Shown here: in pieces, positions 9,819 through 20,483 of the stretch
How the letters are laid out: every line of letters starts with the position of its first letter
Position numbering within the stretch: position 1 is the first letter of the stretch
Assembly (NCBI GenBank): GCA_965203295.1
Contig: CBDBCZ010000019.1
Coordinates: forward strand, 1,984,001-2,048,000
Source: Nitrospirales bacterium
Lineage (GTDB): Bacteria; Nitrospirota; Nitrospiria; Nitrospirales; UBA8639
Reading direction: 5' to 3'
Length of the DNA: 64,000 nucleotides
Notes under the pieces: generated by a model
Told to the model about the DNA's origin: nothing
The model's database searches: none
What the model saw: only the letters and a program-made list of their open reading frames with translations
Position numbers and translations under genes: made by a program

Positions 9819-10513
9819 GTCAGAACCGTTTTGACACACAGGTACATAATGACGACTTCAACGGCATGGGCCGTAATCGTGGCATACAGCGTTCTGGTCT
9901 TAGAAAACATCCAGCCCCAGATGACCCCATCCCACACGGCAATCCAGTGAAGATGTTTGAATGTGTTGACCAGGAAGGGGTCAAAGGCAAAGACAAGCGC
10001 TGAACACCCAATGGCCGCACGGCTCTCCCATGACCATCGCCGCGATTTAGCCTCACGATGACCCAACTTCCCTGTATTGGCAAGTGTCATAAGCCGCCCG
10101 AGAATAAAACCTCGAAAATTGAGCTCCACTCCAATCGCAATTGCGATAATCAACCAAGGCACCATCATGATAATCGGCACCTTGGCATGAGGGGTTTCCT
10201 TTAAGAATGCGATGTCATACCCCATTTCAGGAGCAGCCCAAAGAATGACGATTGAATTGCACGCCCCTAACACGACACCAATGACAGCTCCTAACCGGAT
10301 GCCTTTGGCCGTCAAAACAGTCGATAAACCGAGCCGTTGAGTAATACTTGTATTGTACCCAATCCAGAACGCTAAACCGAGATAGCCTACAAGCTGCGGA
10401 AGAAATTGGACGAAGGTTTGAATTTGAAGAGATTCAGGAAGGAAGTAGAAGACACATGTGGCAACAACAGGGAAAAAGGCTAACCAGGTACGCTGTTCTT
10501 GTCGATGAGCCAT
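9815..10513 (-). CDS. CPBP (Abi/CAAX protease-like) intramembrane metalloprotease
   Basis: Multiple TM segments, GVELNFRG (ExxFRG motif) and ATITAHAVE. Confidence 0.75.
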   Translation of the reverse strand: MAHRQEQRTWLAFFPVVATCVFYFLPESLQIQTFVQFLPQLVGYLGLAFWIGYNTSITQRLGLSTVLTAKGIRLGAVIGVVLGACNSIVILWAAPEMGYDIAFLKETPHAKVPIIMMVPWLIIAIAIGVELNFRGFILGRLMTLANTGKLGHREAKSRRWSWESRAAIGCSALVFAFDPFLVNTFKHLHWIAVWDGVIWGWMFSKTRTLYATITAHAVEVVIMYLCVKTVLT

Positions 10514-10522
10514 ATCATAAAC

Positions 10523-10890
10523 TGTAAAAACTTGAATTTCAGTTGACGGACACGGTCAGGAGAAGTTGGGAATTCCTGCCTCATGAGGGAACCCAGTCGT
10601 CATGCCTACAGTCGTCGACGGGTCTCCAGGATGTTTGGTTCAATCGTTTTTATTTGAGCGGGGTTTCGGCCCCGCACGCCGAGGTCCTTTTGTTTTGGCA
10701 AAAGGACCCAAAACCATTCCCGCCCTCGCATGGCCCTGCGGGTCTCCTTCATCCCAGCACCGAATCTCATGGCTGCGGAACTCGCTCCGCTCAGACAGTC
10801 CTCGCCGCATTGTCGGATTCGGCACTGGGACTCAGCCACGCGCAAGGCGGAACACACAGATTCAAAAAAGGTCAAATCCAAGTCTTTACA
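10523..10890. mobile_element. MITE-like non-autonomous element (368 bp) with TGTAAA terminal inverted repeats
   Basis: TIR TGTAAAAACTTGAATTT (10523-10539) / AAATCCAAGTCTTTACA (10874-10890), 15/17. Internal hairpins such as GGTCCTTTTG..CAAAAGGACC. The first ~85 bp are homologous to 2367-2452. Confidence 0.7.
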
Positions 10891-10920
10891 CAAAACAATG
10901 ACGAAAAGAGACTGCCGACT

Positions 10921-12143
10921 TCATTGATAACGAAGCGCTTCCGCAGAATCCAACTTAGAAGCCTTAATGGCAGGGTACAGGCCAAAAAAGACGCCGACAC
11001 TGACCGCGAACGAGAAGGCGATCGCAATAGCCGATGGGCGAACCACGGCTCCCCAATCACTACCTCCTGGCATCGCATTGGCCACAAAGTCACCAAAAAA
11101 ATACGCCACGAGAATACCGAGCATGACCCCAAATATCCCACCGACAACACTGATCGTGACCGACTCCACCAGGAACTGCAATAAAATGTCTCCCCGACGA
11201 GCACCAATTGCTTTCCGCAATCCAATCTCCTGCGTACGCTCGGTCACCGTAACCAACATGATATTCATGATACCGATTCCACCTACGATAAAGGCCACGA
11301 GGCAATTCCGCCCAACACAATTCGAAACGTCCAAATGGTGCGGTCCACCGCGTTGAGAAATTCTCCTTGGTTGCGCACCCGAATATCATCCACGCCATCA
11401 TGTCGCTGGACCAAATACGAATGAAGCTGTTGGGAGACTTCATCCATACGCTCGCGATTAGGCACATGGATGATCATATTTCGAATCTTATCGTGCCCTT
11501 TGAAAAAGCGCAGGGCCGTGGTCACTGGGATAAAAACCTTTTCATCGTAATCAGTTCCGTACACCTCACCCTTCGGTTCCATCACTCCAATGACCGTAAA
11601 CCTGTGATCTTTAATTTTCACTTCCCGTCCAAGAGGCGATTGGATCCCAAACAGACTTTCTGCGACGGTTTTGCCCAGAGCAACAGTTCTCTTCCATCCC
11701 TCAATATCAGCAGCTGTCAAAAACCGACCCACCTGAGGTCGGAAATTTCGAATCTCATTAAATTCTGGCGAAGTGGCATCGATTGCCCCGCTGAAGTCAC
11801 GATCCCCAGCCTTGATCTGCACATCAACACGTACGATGGGAACAACCTTGAGATCAGGAAACCGATCTCGAACCGCCAAGACGTCGCCGTATCGCAGACT
11901 AACCATGCGCCCCGCAAACATACGCCGTTCTTCTATCGTCAATCGTTTTTTCCAGACAAAGAGTAGGTTCGTCCCCAATCGCTCGATGGAGTTAACCAAC
12001 CACACTTGTCCGCCTTCGACAATCGCAATCATGGCAATCACAGAGGCCACGCCGATGATCACAACCAGCATGGTTAATCCAGTCCGAAGCATGTTCGCGG
12101 AAAAATTTCTGAACGAATCCCATATAATTGGCTGAACATTCAT
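10921..12143 (-). pseudogene. MacB/FtsX-type ABC permease split by a -1 frameshift near 11301
   Basis: The N-terminal part (LTMLVVIIGVASV..GGIA) and C-terminal part (LVAFIVGGIGIMNIMLVTVTERTQEIGLRKAIGA..YPAIKASKLD) join if one C is added (gcc [c]tc gtg). Confidence 0.85.
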
Positions 12144-12871
12144 GGGAGCACCGATGCCTCAGTTTCTTCCCAGCTTGGAGTCCCCTGTCGTTCATCTGAA
12201 ACGACGGAACCATCCCTGAGAGTGACACATCGGCCCGCCGTCTTTGCCAAATCACGATCATGCGTAATCATCACGATCGTTTGTCCATTCGCATGAAATG
12301 ATTGAAAGAGTTCCAAGATTTCCTGACCTGTCCTGCTATCCAGATTTCCCGTGGGCTCATCGGCCAGCAAGAGGGTTGGTTGATTGACGAGGGCCCGGGC
12401 AATAGCGACACGTTGCTGTTGTCCGCCGGACAGCTGCGTCGGGTAATGCCTGAGGCGATCTTGCAGCCCAACACGTTCCAGCATCGCAGAAGCCTGTTCC
12501 CGCTGGTCAGTCCAAGATATGCCTGCATACTGCAACGGCAGTTGCACATTTTCCAAAGTGGTCTTTCTCCGGAGGAGATGAAAGGTTTGGAAGACAAATC
12601 CAATCTGACGATTGCGGATCGTCGTTAATTTGTGGTCGGTCATCTCTCGAATTTGTTTTCCGGCCAACGAATAGTCACCCTCTGTCGGTCGACTCAAACA
12701 CCCAAGGATGTCAAGCAGCGTGGTCTTTCCACTACCCGATTGACCGATAATTGCGACAAACTCACCCTGCCGAATATCAAAGCTCACGTTCGATAATGCT
12801 CGCACTTCCACCTCGCCGGTTTGATAGACTTTTCCAATGTGCTCTAGTTGAATAAGAGGTGGGTTCCTCAT
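12140..12871 (-). CDS. ABC transporter ATP-binding protein (MacB/LolD-like)
   Basis: GQSGSGKTT, LSGGQQQRVAIARA and LLADEPTGNLD. Confidence 0.95.
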   Translation of the reverse strand: MRNPPLIQLEHIGKVYQTGEVEVRALSNVSFDIRQGEFVAIIGQSGSGKTTLLDILGCLSRPTEGDYSLAGKQIREMTDHKLTTIRNRQIGFVFQTFHLLRRKTTLENVQLPLQYAGISWTDQREQASAMLERVGLQDRLRHYPTQLSGGQQQRVAIARALVNQPTLLLADEPTGNLDSRTGQEILELFQSFHANGQTIVMITHDRDLAKTAGRCVTLRDGSVVSDERQGTPSWEETEASVLP

Positions 12872-12973
12872 GGGTCACGAGTCCATTTTGATCAAACACT
12901 TTCTACATGCATATGTAATAATTTGAATTTCATTTGACAGATACGGTCAGAAATGGAGCAATGCCACATCTGC

Positions 12974-14116
12974 CTATCGCTGAGAGGGATTTTTCGTCAA
13001 GGATGGAATGATGACCCGGTCTCCCTCCTTCAATCCTTGAGAGATCACCGCTTCAGAAGTAGTGCGAAAAGCCACACTCACCTTTCGACGTTTTCGCTCC
13101 CCATCATGGTCCAAATAGACAATATCGTCCCCCTGTTCAGTCTGCAAGGTTTCGAGGGGAATCGTGACGATATCTTCCAATTGATCCGTCAAAATATCCA
13201 CGTTAGCCGTCATCATTGGTCGAAGACTCAAACTCTCGTTCTCAATCTCAATGGTGACTTCATAGGTTACGATACTGTCTTCTTTAACCCCTTGTGGCGA
13301 TATGGCCGTCACCTTCCCTTCAAAGGTTTTTCCTAGCACAGCATCTAGCCGAACCATCACCGATTGCCCAATCTGCACTCGAGCAATATTGACTTCGTTA
13401 ATTTTGGCCTTGGCCACCATTTTGTTGATATCGGCCAGCTTCATCAGCACAGTCCCCCCACCGACTGCAGCCGTTCCGGAGGTAATAATTTCACCAGGCT
13501 GAACATTAACCTCAATAATCGTGCCGTTGGCAGGGGATAATACTTGAAATTCTTCGAGCCGAGTCGAAGAAGGATCTCGAGAAACATAGCGCTGAAAGAG
13601 TTCTTGATTGCCTCCAAGCGCCAGTAACAGTTCAAGTTCTGCCAATTCTCTCCTGACAATGGCCCGTTCAGCATCCTGCTCCGCGGACTCTAACTCCTTT
13701 CGAGCAATAAACCCTTTGGCATAGAGGGATTGATTCCGAACAAGATCGCGTCGAGCCTGCACAACATTAATCCCCTCTTGCTCTAAAGCGGCTCGTAGCT
13801 GAGCCACCTGTCTGGCCTGACTAGGCTCCTGTCGGATCACGACCAACGGTTGATTCTTGGAAACTTTCTTGCCAGCCGATATGAAGATCCCTTGAACCTC
13901 TCCTGAGAACTGAGACTTGATATCAATGGTGCGAATAGGCGCTAATGTTCCTGTCTCTGAGACTTGCGTTTGCAGTGCCCCCCGTTTCACCACGATGACT
14001 TTGGGAACTTCTTTTGACTCCTCCATCGGATCAGGTGCAGAAGATAACAGCACAGCCGTTCCCCCACCTAAAACAAGGAGCCCCATGACCACGAACAACC
14101 ATGCGTGCTTCATCAC
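12974..14116 (-). CDS. MacA-like efflux periplasmic adaptor
   Basis: N-terminal anchor, IKSQFSGEV, SPANGTI and LRPMMTANVDI. Confidence 0.9.
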   Translation of the reverse strand: MMKHAWLFVVMGLLVLGGGTAVLLSSAPDPMEESKEVPKVIVVKRGALQTQVSETGTLAPIRTIDIKSQFSGEVQGIFISAGKKVSKNQPLVVIRQEPSQARQVAQLRAALEQEGINVVQARRDLVRNQSLYAKGFIARKELESAEQDAERAIVRRELAELELLLALGGNQELFQRYVSRDPSSTRLEEFQVLSPANGTIIEVNVQPGEIITSGTAAVGGGTVLMKLADINKMVAKAKINEVNIARVQIGQSVMVRLDAVLGKTFEGKVTAISPQGVKEDSIVTYEVTIEIENESLSLRPMMTANVDILTDQLEDIVTIPLETLQTEQGDDIVYLDHDGERKRRKVSVAFRTTSEAVISQGLKEGDRVIIPSLTKNPSQR

Positions 14117-14273
14117 AATCCTTTCGATAATCTCATTCTAGCAAATCCGCCACGCCGGGAAACCCATTCCCAAGAGACAATCCATCTATTTCCAGAATCA
14201 GCTAAAGACAAGATAGAACTAACAACCCTAGTCTTATCACAGAGATGAAAAATAACTACAGATGGGCAGGATG

Positions 14274-15836
14274 CTACACGTGGCTAATCGAGGATAATCT
14301 GTAACGATCGAGCGTGGAAGCTGTCGCGCGATGGAGGTTGGAGAGAGATTGATTATAGTCCAATGTCGCTCGGAGTTCGTTCCTTCGGGCAATCGCGAGA
14401 TTCACCTGAAAATCTAACACATCACGCGTGGTCGTGAGCCCCAAGTTGAGCCGTTCTTGTTCTGCCTTGAGCTGCCTTTCAGAGAGCCGGCGAGCGACTC
14501 GCGTCGTTTCCATCCGTTTGAAGTCGGTTTGTACGCGGCGAATCGCCTCTTTCACATCGACAATCACTTGTTGCCGTAAGCTATAAAGACTGACTTGGGC
14601 CTGTTTAGCTTCAATTTTTCGACGCTCGTACTGACTCTTTGCCGATCGATTGCTCAACGGATAGCTTAAGACCAAACCAGCTCCGACATTATAAAAATCT
14701 CCGCTAAACGTTCGATCAAGGGCATCACTTGGATCTTCTCCTAGACTCCGTAATCCAGCCGAACCTTGAAAATCCAATTGCGGCAACAACTGATTCTTAG
14801 CCAAGTCAGCATTAAGATGACTGGACTCGATGGTTTTCTGTGCCTGCAGGATCTCAGGTCGTTGTCGTAAACCTGAATCAATCGCCTTGCCTTGGGTCGT
14901 CTCTAACGGAGCTGTTGTGGGGCGATCGAGCGGAATCACCACCACATTCTCTCGAAGCTCCTCCTCAGAGGAAGCAAAGAGTCGACGTAGCTGATCCTCC
15001 TGATCGCGAATAGCTTTTTGACTGACCAGGATCCCTTCTACACGAGTGGCGACAGCCGACTGCGCCTGAAGCACCTCTACGTCAGCCATGACTCCAGCTT
15101 TCACCTTAACCCGATTACTCGCCAACAGTTCTTGAGCTGCTTTTAAGTTCGCTTTGGCGACTTCGGCACTTTCTCGCGCAAAGACTAATTCCCAATACGC
15201 TTGCTCAGCCTGAGCAACAATATCCAATACCCGATCCACAAAGACATACTGCTCGACGGTCGCGGAGTTATGAGCTATTTTGATTTGCGTATCATTCACA
15301 TCCGACCCAAAATTCCGAAGTAACGGTTGTGTCAAATTCAGGAGAAGATCGGCTGTATAACTGGGGTTAAACAAAAACGCGGTCGGTCCTGCCACAGAAT
15401 TTCTGTTGGAATCCAATGTCAGATCATAATTCGCACCAGTCCTGAGTTTTTGAGACATGCCTATTTTGACATTCGTATCATTTTGATCGAGAAAGTCAGG
15501 ATCACCACCAACTATGGGACCTCCCAGACCAAAAATTGGTCGGTTTAATGGAGCAATCAGGCGATCATAGCGTCCCTCCAAATCCACCGTCGGATCAAAC
15601 TTGGCCTGTTCAAACAAAATATCGGTTACCCGAACATCTCGCTCCTGACGACTCACACTGATATCAAGATTATGCTCTAACGTCTTGAGCACAACATCTT
15701 TCAAGGTAAGTGTCCGAACAGGTTCTGGTTCCAACAGTTTTGTCAGATCAGAATCTTCCGATGTTGCCCATACTGACGGCACACTTACACTTACACTCAA
15801 AACTATAAACAGGGGTAGAAAAAGTGATCGAGTCAT
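14274..15836 (-). CDS. TolC-family outer membrane efflux protein
   Basis: Signal peptide, LTQPLLRNFG, AYWELV, QRPEI and LLPQLD repeats; heads the MacAB-like operon. Confidence 0.9.
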   Translation of the reverse strand: MTRSLFLPLFIVLSVSVSVPSVWATSEDSDLTKLLEPEPVRTLTLKDVVLKTLEHNLDISVSRQERDVRVTDILFEQAKFDPTVDLEGRYDRLIAPLNRPIFGLGGPIVGGDPDFLDQNDTNVKIGMSQKLRTGANYDLTLDSNRNSVAGPTAFLFNPSYTADLLLNLTQPLLRNFGSDVNDTQIKIAHNSATVEQYVFVDRVLDIVAQAEQAYWELVFARESAEVAKANLKAAQELLASNRVKVKAGVMADVEVLQAQSAVATRVEGILVSQKAIRDQEDQLRRLFASSEEELRENVVVIPLDRPTTAPLETTQGKAIDSGLRQRPEILQAQKTIESSHLNADLAKNQLLPQLDFQGSAGLRSLGEDPSDALDRTFSGDFYNVGAGLVLSYPLSNRSAKSQYERRKIEAKQAQVSLYSLRQQVIVDVKEAIRRVQTDFKRMETTRVARRLSERQLKAEQERLNLGLTTTRDVLDFQVNLAIARRNELRATLDYNQSLSNLHRATASTLDRYRLSSISHV

Positions 15837-16009
15837 CCGCGTCCTTTACTCGTGGTTATCCCAAACCAACAATGTGTTAAGAACAAATTACTCCTATTGA
15901 TACCACTCCATCAAGAACAAAGTTGACAAAAAAGTTCCTTCGCCTAAGGGAGGGGGCACACCAAGTCACCACCCTTTATCGCTCATTCAGTTTTTACAGA
16001 AGGGAACAA

Positions 16010-17128
16010 TTACTGGTTGGCGTAGAATTCTTGAATTGACGTGACGACTCGAGCAATTTGAGTTTCGGTCAATTCAGGATAGATAGGAAGGGAGAGAACT
16101 TCCTGGGCCATACGTTCGGAAACCGGGAAGTCCCCCTTTTGATACCTGAGATCCTGATAACATTCCTGGAGATGAAGCGGGACAGGATAATACACTTTAT
16201 GCCCAATTTCTTTTTCCTTCAGATGGACCATGAGTTGGTCTCGCCCTTGTGCTCTGATCGTATATTGGTTGAAGACATGGTGATTGTCTGAATCAGTCCA
16301 GGGCGGAGTCACCCGATCCAGCAACTGGGTTTCTTCAAAAAATTTGGTATACATGGCCGCATTACGACGGCGTTTTTCATTCCATTCGTCCAAATAAGTT
16401 AACTTCACTTTCAGAACCGCAGCTTGAAGAGCATCCAATCGACTGTTCATCCCAATGTGATCGTGATGGTAATCAGAAAATCCCCCGTGCACCCGCAAGG
16501 CCGCTAACAAGTCCCGCACGTTTTTGTTGTGAGTCGTGATGAGTCCGCCATCACCAAACCCTCCCAGATTTTTTGAAGGGAAAAAGCTAAAGCACCCAGT
16601 GTTCCCAAACGCCCCAGCCCGAATTCCCTTCCTCGCAGCACCAATGGCTTGGCAACCATCCTCTATGACTGAAATGCCTCTCGCCTGGGCAATTTCCTGG
16701 ATTTTCTCCATTTCCGCACATTGACCAAATAAGTGTACAGGGATAATCGCCTTGGTTCGCGAGGTTATTTTTTTCTCAATCTTGGAGGGATCTATATTGT
16801 AGGAGTTCGCTTGGATATCCACAAAGACGGGTTTTGCATGGAGTCGAGAAATCACTCCGGCTGTCGAGAAAAACGTAAAAGGAACCGTAATCACTTCCTC
16901 TCCAGGCTGAACGTCAATCGCCATAAGGGATAACAGCAAGGCATCACTCCCTGACGCACATCCAACCGCATAGGGACACGAGGTGTATTTGGCTAACGCC
17001 TCTTCCAGGTCAGACACCGATCTGCCCAGGATAAAGGCCTGCTCTTGACAGATCCCCTCAATCGCTGTCATCACTTCATCTCGAATCAAGCTGAATTGTG
17101 CTTTTAAATCTAAAAATGGCACGCTCAT
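16010..17128 (-). CDS. DegT/DnrJ/EryC1/StrS sugar aminotransferase
   Basis: VPFLDL, IIPVHLFGQ, SFFPSKNLGGFGDGG and NSRLDALQAA. Confidence 0.95.
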   Translation of the reverse strand: MSVPFLDLKAQFSLIRDEVMTAIEGICQEQAFILGRSVSDLEEALAKYTSCPYAVGCASGSDALLLSLMAIDVQPGEEVITVPFTFFSTAGVISRLHAKPVFVDIQANSYNIDPSKIEKKITSRTKAIIPVHLFGQCAEMEKIQEIAQARGISVIEDGCQAIGAARKGIRAGAFGNTGCFSFFPSKNLGGFGDGGLITTHNKNVRDLLAALRVHGGFSDYHHDHIGMNSRLDALQAAVLKVKLTYLDEWNEKRRRNAAMYTKFFEETQLLDRVTPPWTDSDNHHVFNQYTIRAQGRDQLMVHLKEKEIGHKVYYPVPLHLQECYQDLRYQKGDFPVSERMAQEVLSLPIYPELTETQIARVVTSIQEFYANQ

Positions 17129-17276
17129 GAAAATAGATCCCTAATTTCAATAATATACTTGAAAAATGAGGATGCATTGAAGCATACCTGAGGCTCTAGA
17201 GCAAGGGACTGAGGTTCGATCATGAACTTACTAACAGGATGTTGAAATCGCTTATTCAGGTCGTGCTGAAACTATT

Positions 17277-17804
17277 ATGAAATATTGTAGTGAATGTGGT
17301 TCACCGGTCATCCGTAAAATTCCTACGGGAGATACGATACCTCGTTTTGTCTGTGTAACGTGCGAGACCATCCACTATGAAAACCCCAAGATTGTCGTGG
17401 GGTGCATTCCGGAATGGAAAGACCAGATTCTCCTTTGTAGAAGAGCCATTGAGCCCAGAGTGGGTCTATGGACCTTTCCAGCAGGGTTTATGGAGAACGA
17501 CGAATCTGTAGAAGAAGCGGCTGCCCGGGAAACCCAAGAAGAAGCCAAAGCGGAAGTCGTCATCGGTTCGTTGTTTGGAGTCTTCAGCATTGTCCGAGTC
17601 AACCAGATGTACCTCGTCTTTCGGGCCACGATGCCTACTCGGACTTTTGGCGTAGGGGAAGAAAGCTCAGAGGTCAAGCTTTTTAAAATCACCGATATCC
17701 CCTGGCAGGAACTGGCTTTTCCCGTCATCCATGAAACGCTCACTCTCTATTGTCACGATCAGCAACATGGTCATTCTCCTGTCCATATGGGAAACATTGG
17801 CTGA
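17277..17804 (+). CDS. Zn-ribbon NUDIX hydrolase
   Basis: CSECG..CVTC and Nudix box GFMENDESVEEAAARETQEEA. Confidence 0.93.
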   Translation: MKYCSECGSPVIRKIPTGDTIPRFVCVTCETIHYENPKIVVGCIPEWKDQILLCRRAIEPRVGLWTFPAGFMENDESVEEAAARETQEEAKAEVVIGSLFGVFSIVRVNQMYLVFRATMPTRTFGVGEESSEVKLFKITDIPWQELAFPVIHETLTLYCHDQQHGHSPVHMGNIG

Positions 17805-17841
17805 CCAGTTCAAAAAAACTCCTCCACGATCGACTGAAGTT

Positions 17842-18268
17842 TTAGGAAGCTAAGGTCACAACCACACCATACCGAAGAGCCTTACCGAATCCTATAAATC
17901 CCAGCGCAACAAAACTATTGATCCGAAACCAGCCGGCGGCTAAGCACAGCGGATCGCCAATCACGGGAACCCAAGAGAGTAATAAAGCCGGACTTCCCCA
18001 TTTCTGAAGAATAGGATACAGCCTGTTGGTGACGAGGTTTGGTGAGTCGGCTTAGAGGATACCAACATGCCATCAGCCACCCTAACCCCTACGTAGTCAT
18101 TCCTCCTAGGGTATTGCCTAATGTCGCGATCCCCAACAGGGTCCATTGGTTGTGACTATGCTGTCCCGCCAAAACGGCCAATAGAACCTCCGATCCGCCT
18201 GGAAACAACGTGGAGGATACAAAGGCACTCACAAATAAGGCCCATAGGGATATCTCATCTGAGGTCAT
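17842..18268 (-). pseudogene. YqaA-family (DedA/SNARE-associated-like) membrane protein pseudogene
   Basis: Hand translation gives LFVSAFVSSTLFPGGSEVLL..ATLGNTLGGMTT*, then in other frames LLLSWVPVIGDPLCLAAGW and GKALRY; several frameshifts. Confidence 0.8.
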
Positions 18269-18299
18269 ACGCGTGATTTCGATAACATCAAGTAATGAG

Positions 18300-18749
18300 T
18301 CAGTCCAGCCAGTGAATTGAATCCCCTATCTTGATCTCCCCATCGTCCAACACCTCGCCAAATGCTCCCACAGCCCAGCGTGCTGACATCGCCTTTCGAA
18401 GACCAACCAACGTTTCATCCATACGTTCGCATGGGCGGGTCTCACCCATAATCCGAATTCGACTGGATCAAATCGAGAGAATTCGCTTACGGCTATTGAA
18501 CAATGATAGGTGTTTGACCAACAAGTTCGCCCTTCGAGCTGAAGCTAGTAAAGTCCCTCCGAGCATCTCCATACAGATGAGCCTAGACTTCCTCCTCCAG
18601 GATCGTCACTTGGCGTTTCCCCCCCTGATCGGCATTCCCTTTCAAACCACGGTCAGCTACCAATACAGCACAGCGTTTTGAACCGAATCCATGGGGCCAC
18701 CTTTCATCCGTTTCAGCCAAATGGCTTTCAATTGGCCAACCTTCTTCAT
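18300..18749 (-). pseudogene. MOSC-domain protein pseudogene
   Basis: Hand translation gives AIWLKRMKGGPMD / RGLKGNADQGGKRQVTILEEEV* / RRANLLV..I*..GETRPCERMD..GEVLDDGEIKIGD, with frameshifts and in-frame stops. Confidence 0.8.
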
Positions 18750-18782
18750 GATGGCTATCCGTAACTCGTGGTGAAATGTCCT

Positions 18783-19676
18783 TTACAGCGATATGCTCTT
18801 CCCCAACAAAAATTCCTGAGCTTGATGGAGCACAACTCGGGAGGCAACGGCATCTTGAGCGCCGACTCCCACCGATTTAAAAAGCGTAATTTGGTCAAGG
18901 GAATTGCGACCGGATTTGTGACGAAGTACAAGATCCCCTAACTCTGCATGGAGATGATCGCGATCGATTAACCCAGCCTGAAATGGCTGAATGATATCAC
19001 CAGCCTCAGCCCAGGCTGCCTCATAGGTTTCCACCACGACCATTGCACGAAGAACGGTTTCGGCATCTTGTACAGTTTGCTTTGCATCCCTGGCTATTCG
19101 GATATTCTGTGAAAGTCCCTCTTGGTCTGAAACTTCCCTGACAAAGGTCTCAACAGCTTCGCGGCGAGGCGCATAGATCCAGACTGTCTCGATGGACCGT
19201 ACAGTCGATATCGCTTCCAGTTGCGTGCGGGCCTGCGCACCAACACCAAAAAGACCGAGCACGCGACTATCGGGCCGGGCCAGTAAATCCGTTGCCACCC
19301 CACTTGCCGCACCCGTTCGGATCGCCGTTAAGGAACTCCTTTCAATTAACCCTTGAAGTTTGCCGGACTGAGGATCAAAGGCTAAAACCAACCCCTGAAT
19401 CGTTTGGTATCCCCGCTGGATATTGTTGGGAAACACGGAAACAATCTTTATGCTTAAAGCATTTCCTTCTTGGCTTTCAACAAATGCGGGCATCACGAGC
19501 GTCACCCCATCCTCTGAGGGAATAGGGAGATGCGTTCGCAAAGGAACCTTGGCTTTTCCTCTCGAACATGCGGCAAAGGCTTCTCGCATGGCATCGATAG
19601 CCTTACTCATCGGCAACGCTTTGCAAACCTCAGTTGCATTCAAGACCAATACAGAGGCTTCCGACTTATCCTCCAC
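18783..19676 (-). pseudogene. Ornithine cyclodeaminase/mu-crystallin family protein with an in-frame internal deletion
   Basis: LVMPA, LTAIRTGAASG, GVGAQA and ITLFKSVG are present, but QDA runs directly into ETVLRA (~19063), so the usual DII.TAT..PV..PG.H...G segment is missing. Confidence 0.7.
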
Positions 19677-19891
19677 AGGCGAATCCCTTCATTTTATGAA
19701 TATTACGCCCCTTTTAGATCTCCTGCAGATGCGACTTTTCCAATTCCATAGCAACACCGCTTGGGGTCCCATCGCTTGCTCGGTCACAAAGAAAGAGTCC
19801 AAACCACTTTGACTACTCCAAACCAACACATTTATAGTGTAGAGATCCTGAAAATAGATCTGCAAAAGTTCAACACCATCTCATTAGGCCA

Positions 19892-20416
19892 ATGCGTATG
19901 ACCATCCGTTATTTTTCACTGCTTTTCACTGTAGCACTATGGTGGATTGATGGGCCAGTCTTGGCCCAAGAGTCAGAATTAAAACCATTAAAATTCGACC
20001 AGCTCGTCCAATTGATCGGAAATTGGGAGGGGAAAAAACCATCCCAAAACGGAGAAGAATCCATTACGGTGCGCTACCAAATGACCGCGAAGGGCACAGC
20101 AGTCATGGAGACTCTATTCCCAGGTTCACCAAAGGAAATGGTGTCCGTCTACGCCCGAGACGGTCAAGAAATTGTGATGACGCATTATTGCATGCTGGGA
20201 AATGAACCACGCATGCGAAGTGTCAAACAGGACCACCCCAATAAACTCACCCTTCTCTTCATTGATGGAACGGGAATGCGTTCACACAACGACATGCACA
20301 TGCACGAATTGACGATCACGTATATAGATCACAATCATATCACACACGAGTGGACACTCTTTGACAAGGGAAAGAAAAAAGCCACTGAAATCTTTTCCTT
20401 TACCCGCACAAACTAG
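19892..20416 (+). CDS. Secreted hypothetical beta-barrel-like protein
   Basis: Signal peptide (VLAQ), LIGNWEG and MTHYCMLGNEPRM. Confidence 0.75.
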   Translation: MRMTIRYFSLLFTVALWWIDGPVLAQESELKPLKFDQLVQLIGNWEGKKPSQNGEESITVRYQMTAKGTAVMETLFPGSPKEMVSVYARDGQEIVMTHYCMLGNEPRMRSVKQDHPNKLTLLFIDGTGMRSHNDMHMHELTITYIDHNHITHEWTLFDKGKKKATEIFSFTRTN

Positions 20417-20483
20417 GAGAAGGCCTCTTGCTACTGCATGACATTTCACTTGAACGAGAAATTCATCGAGGAAGGACATCATA

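Noticed and set aside
10543..11184. 213-aa and other ORFs across 10543-11225
   Set aside because: They overlap the MITE and the antisense strand of the permease, and have no protein motifs.
18331..18681. 116-aa plus-strand ORF
   Set aside because: Antisense shadow of the MOSC pseudogene.
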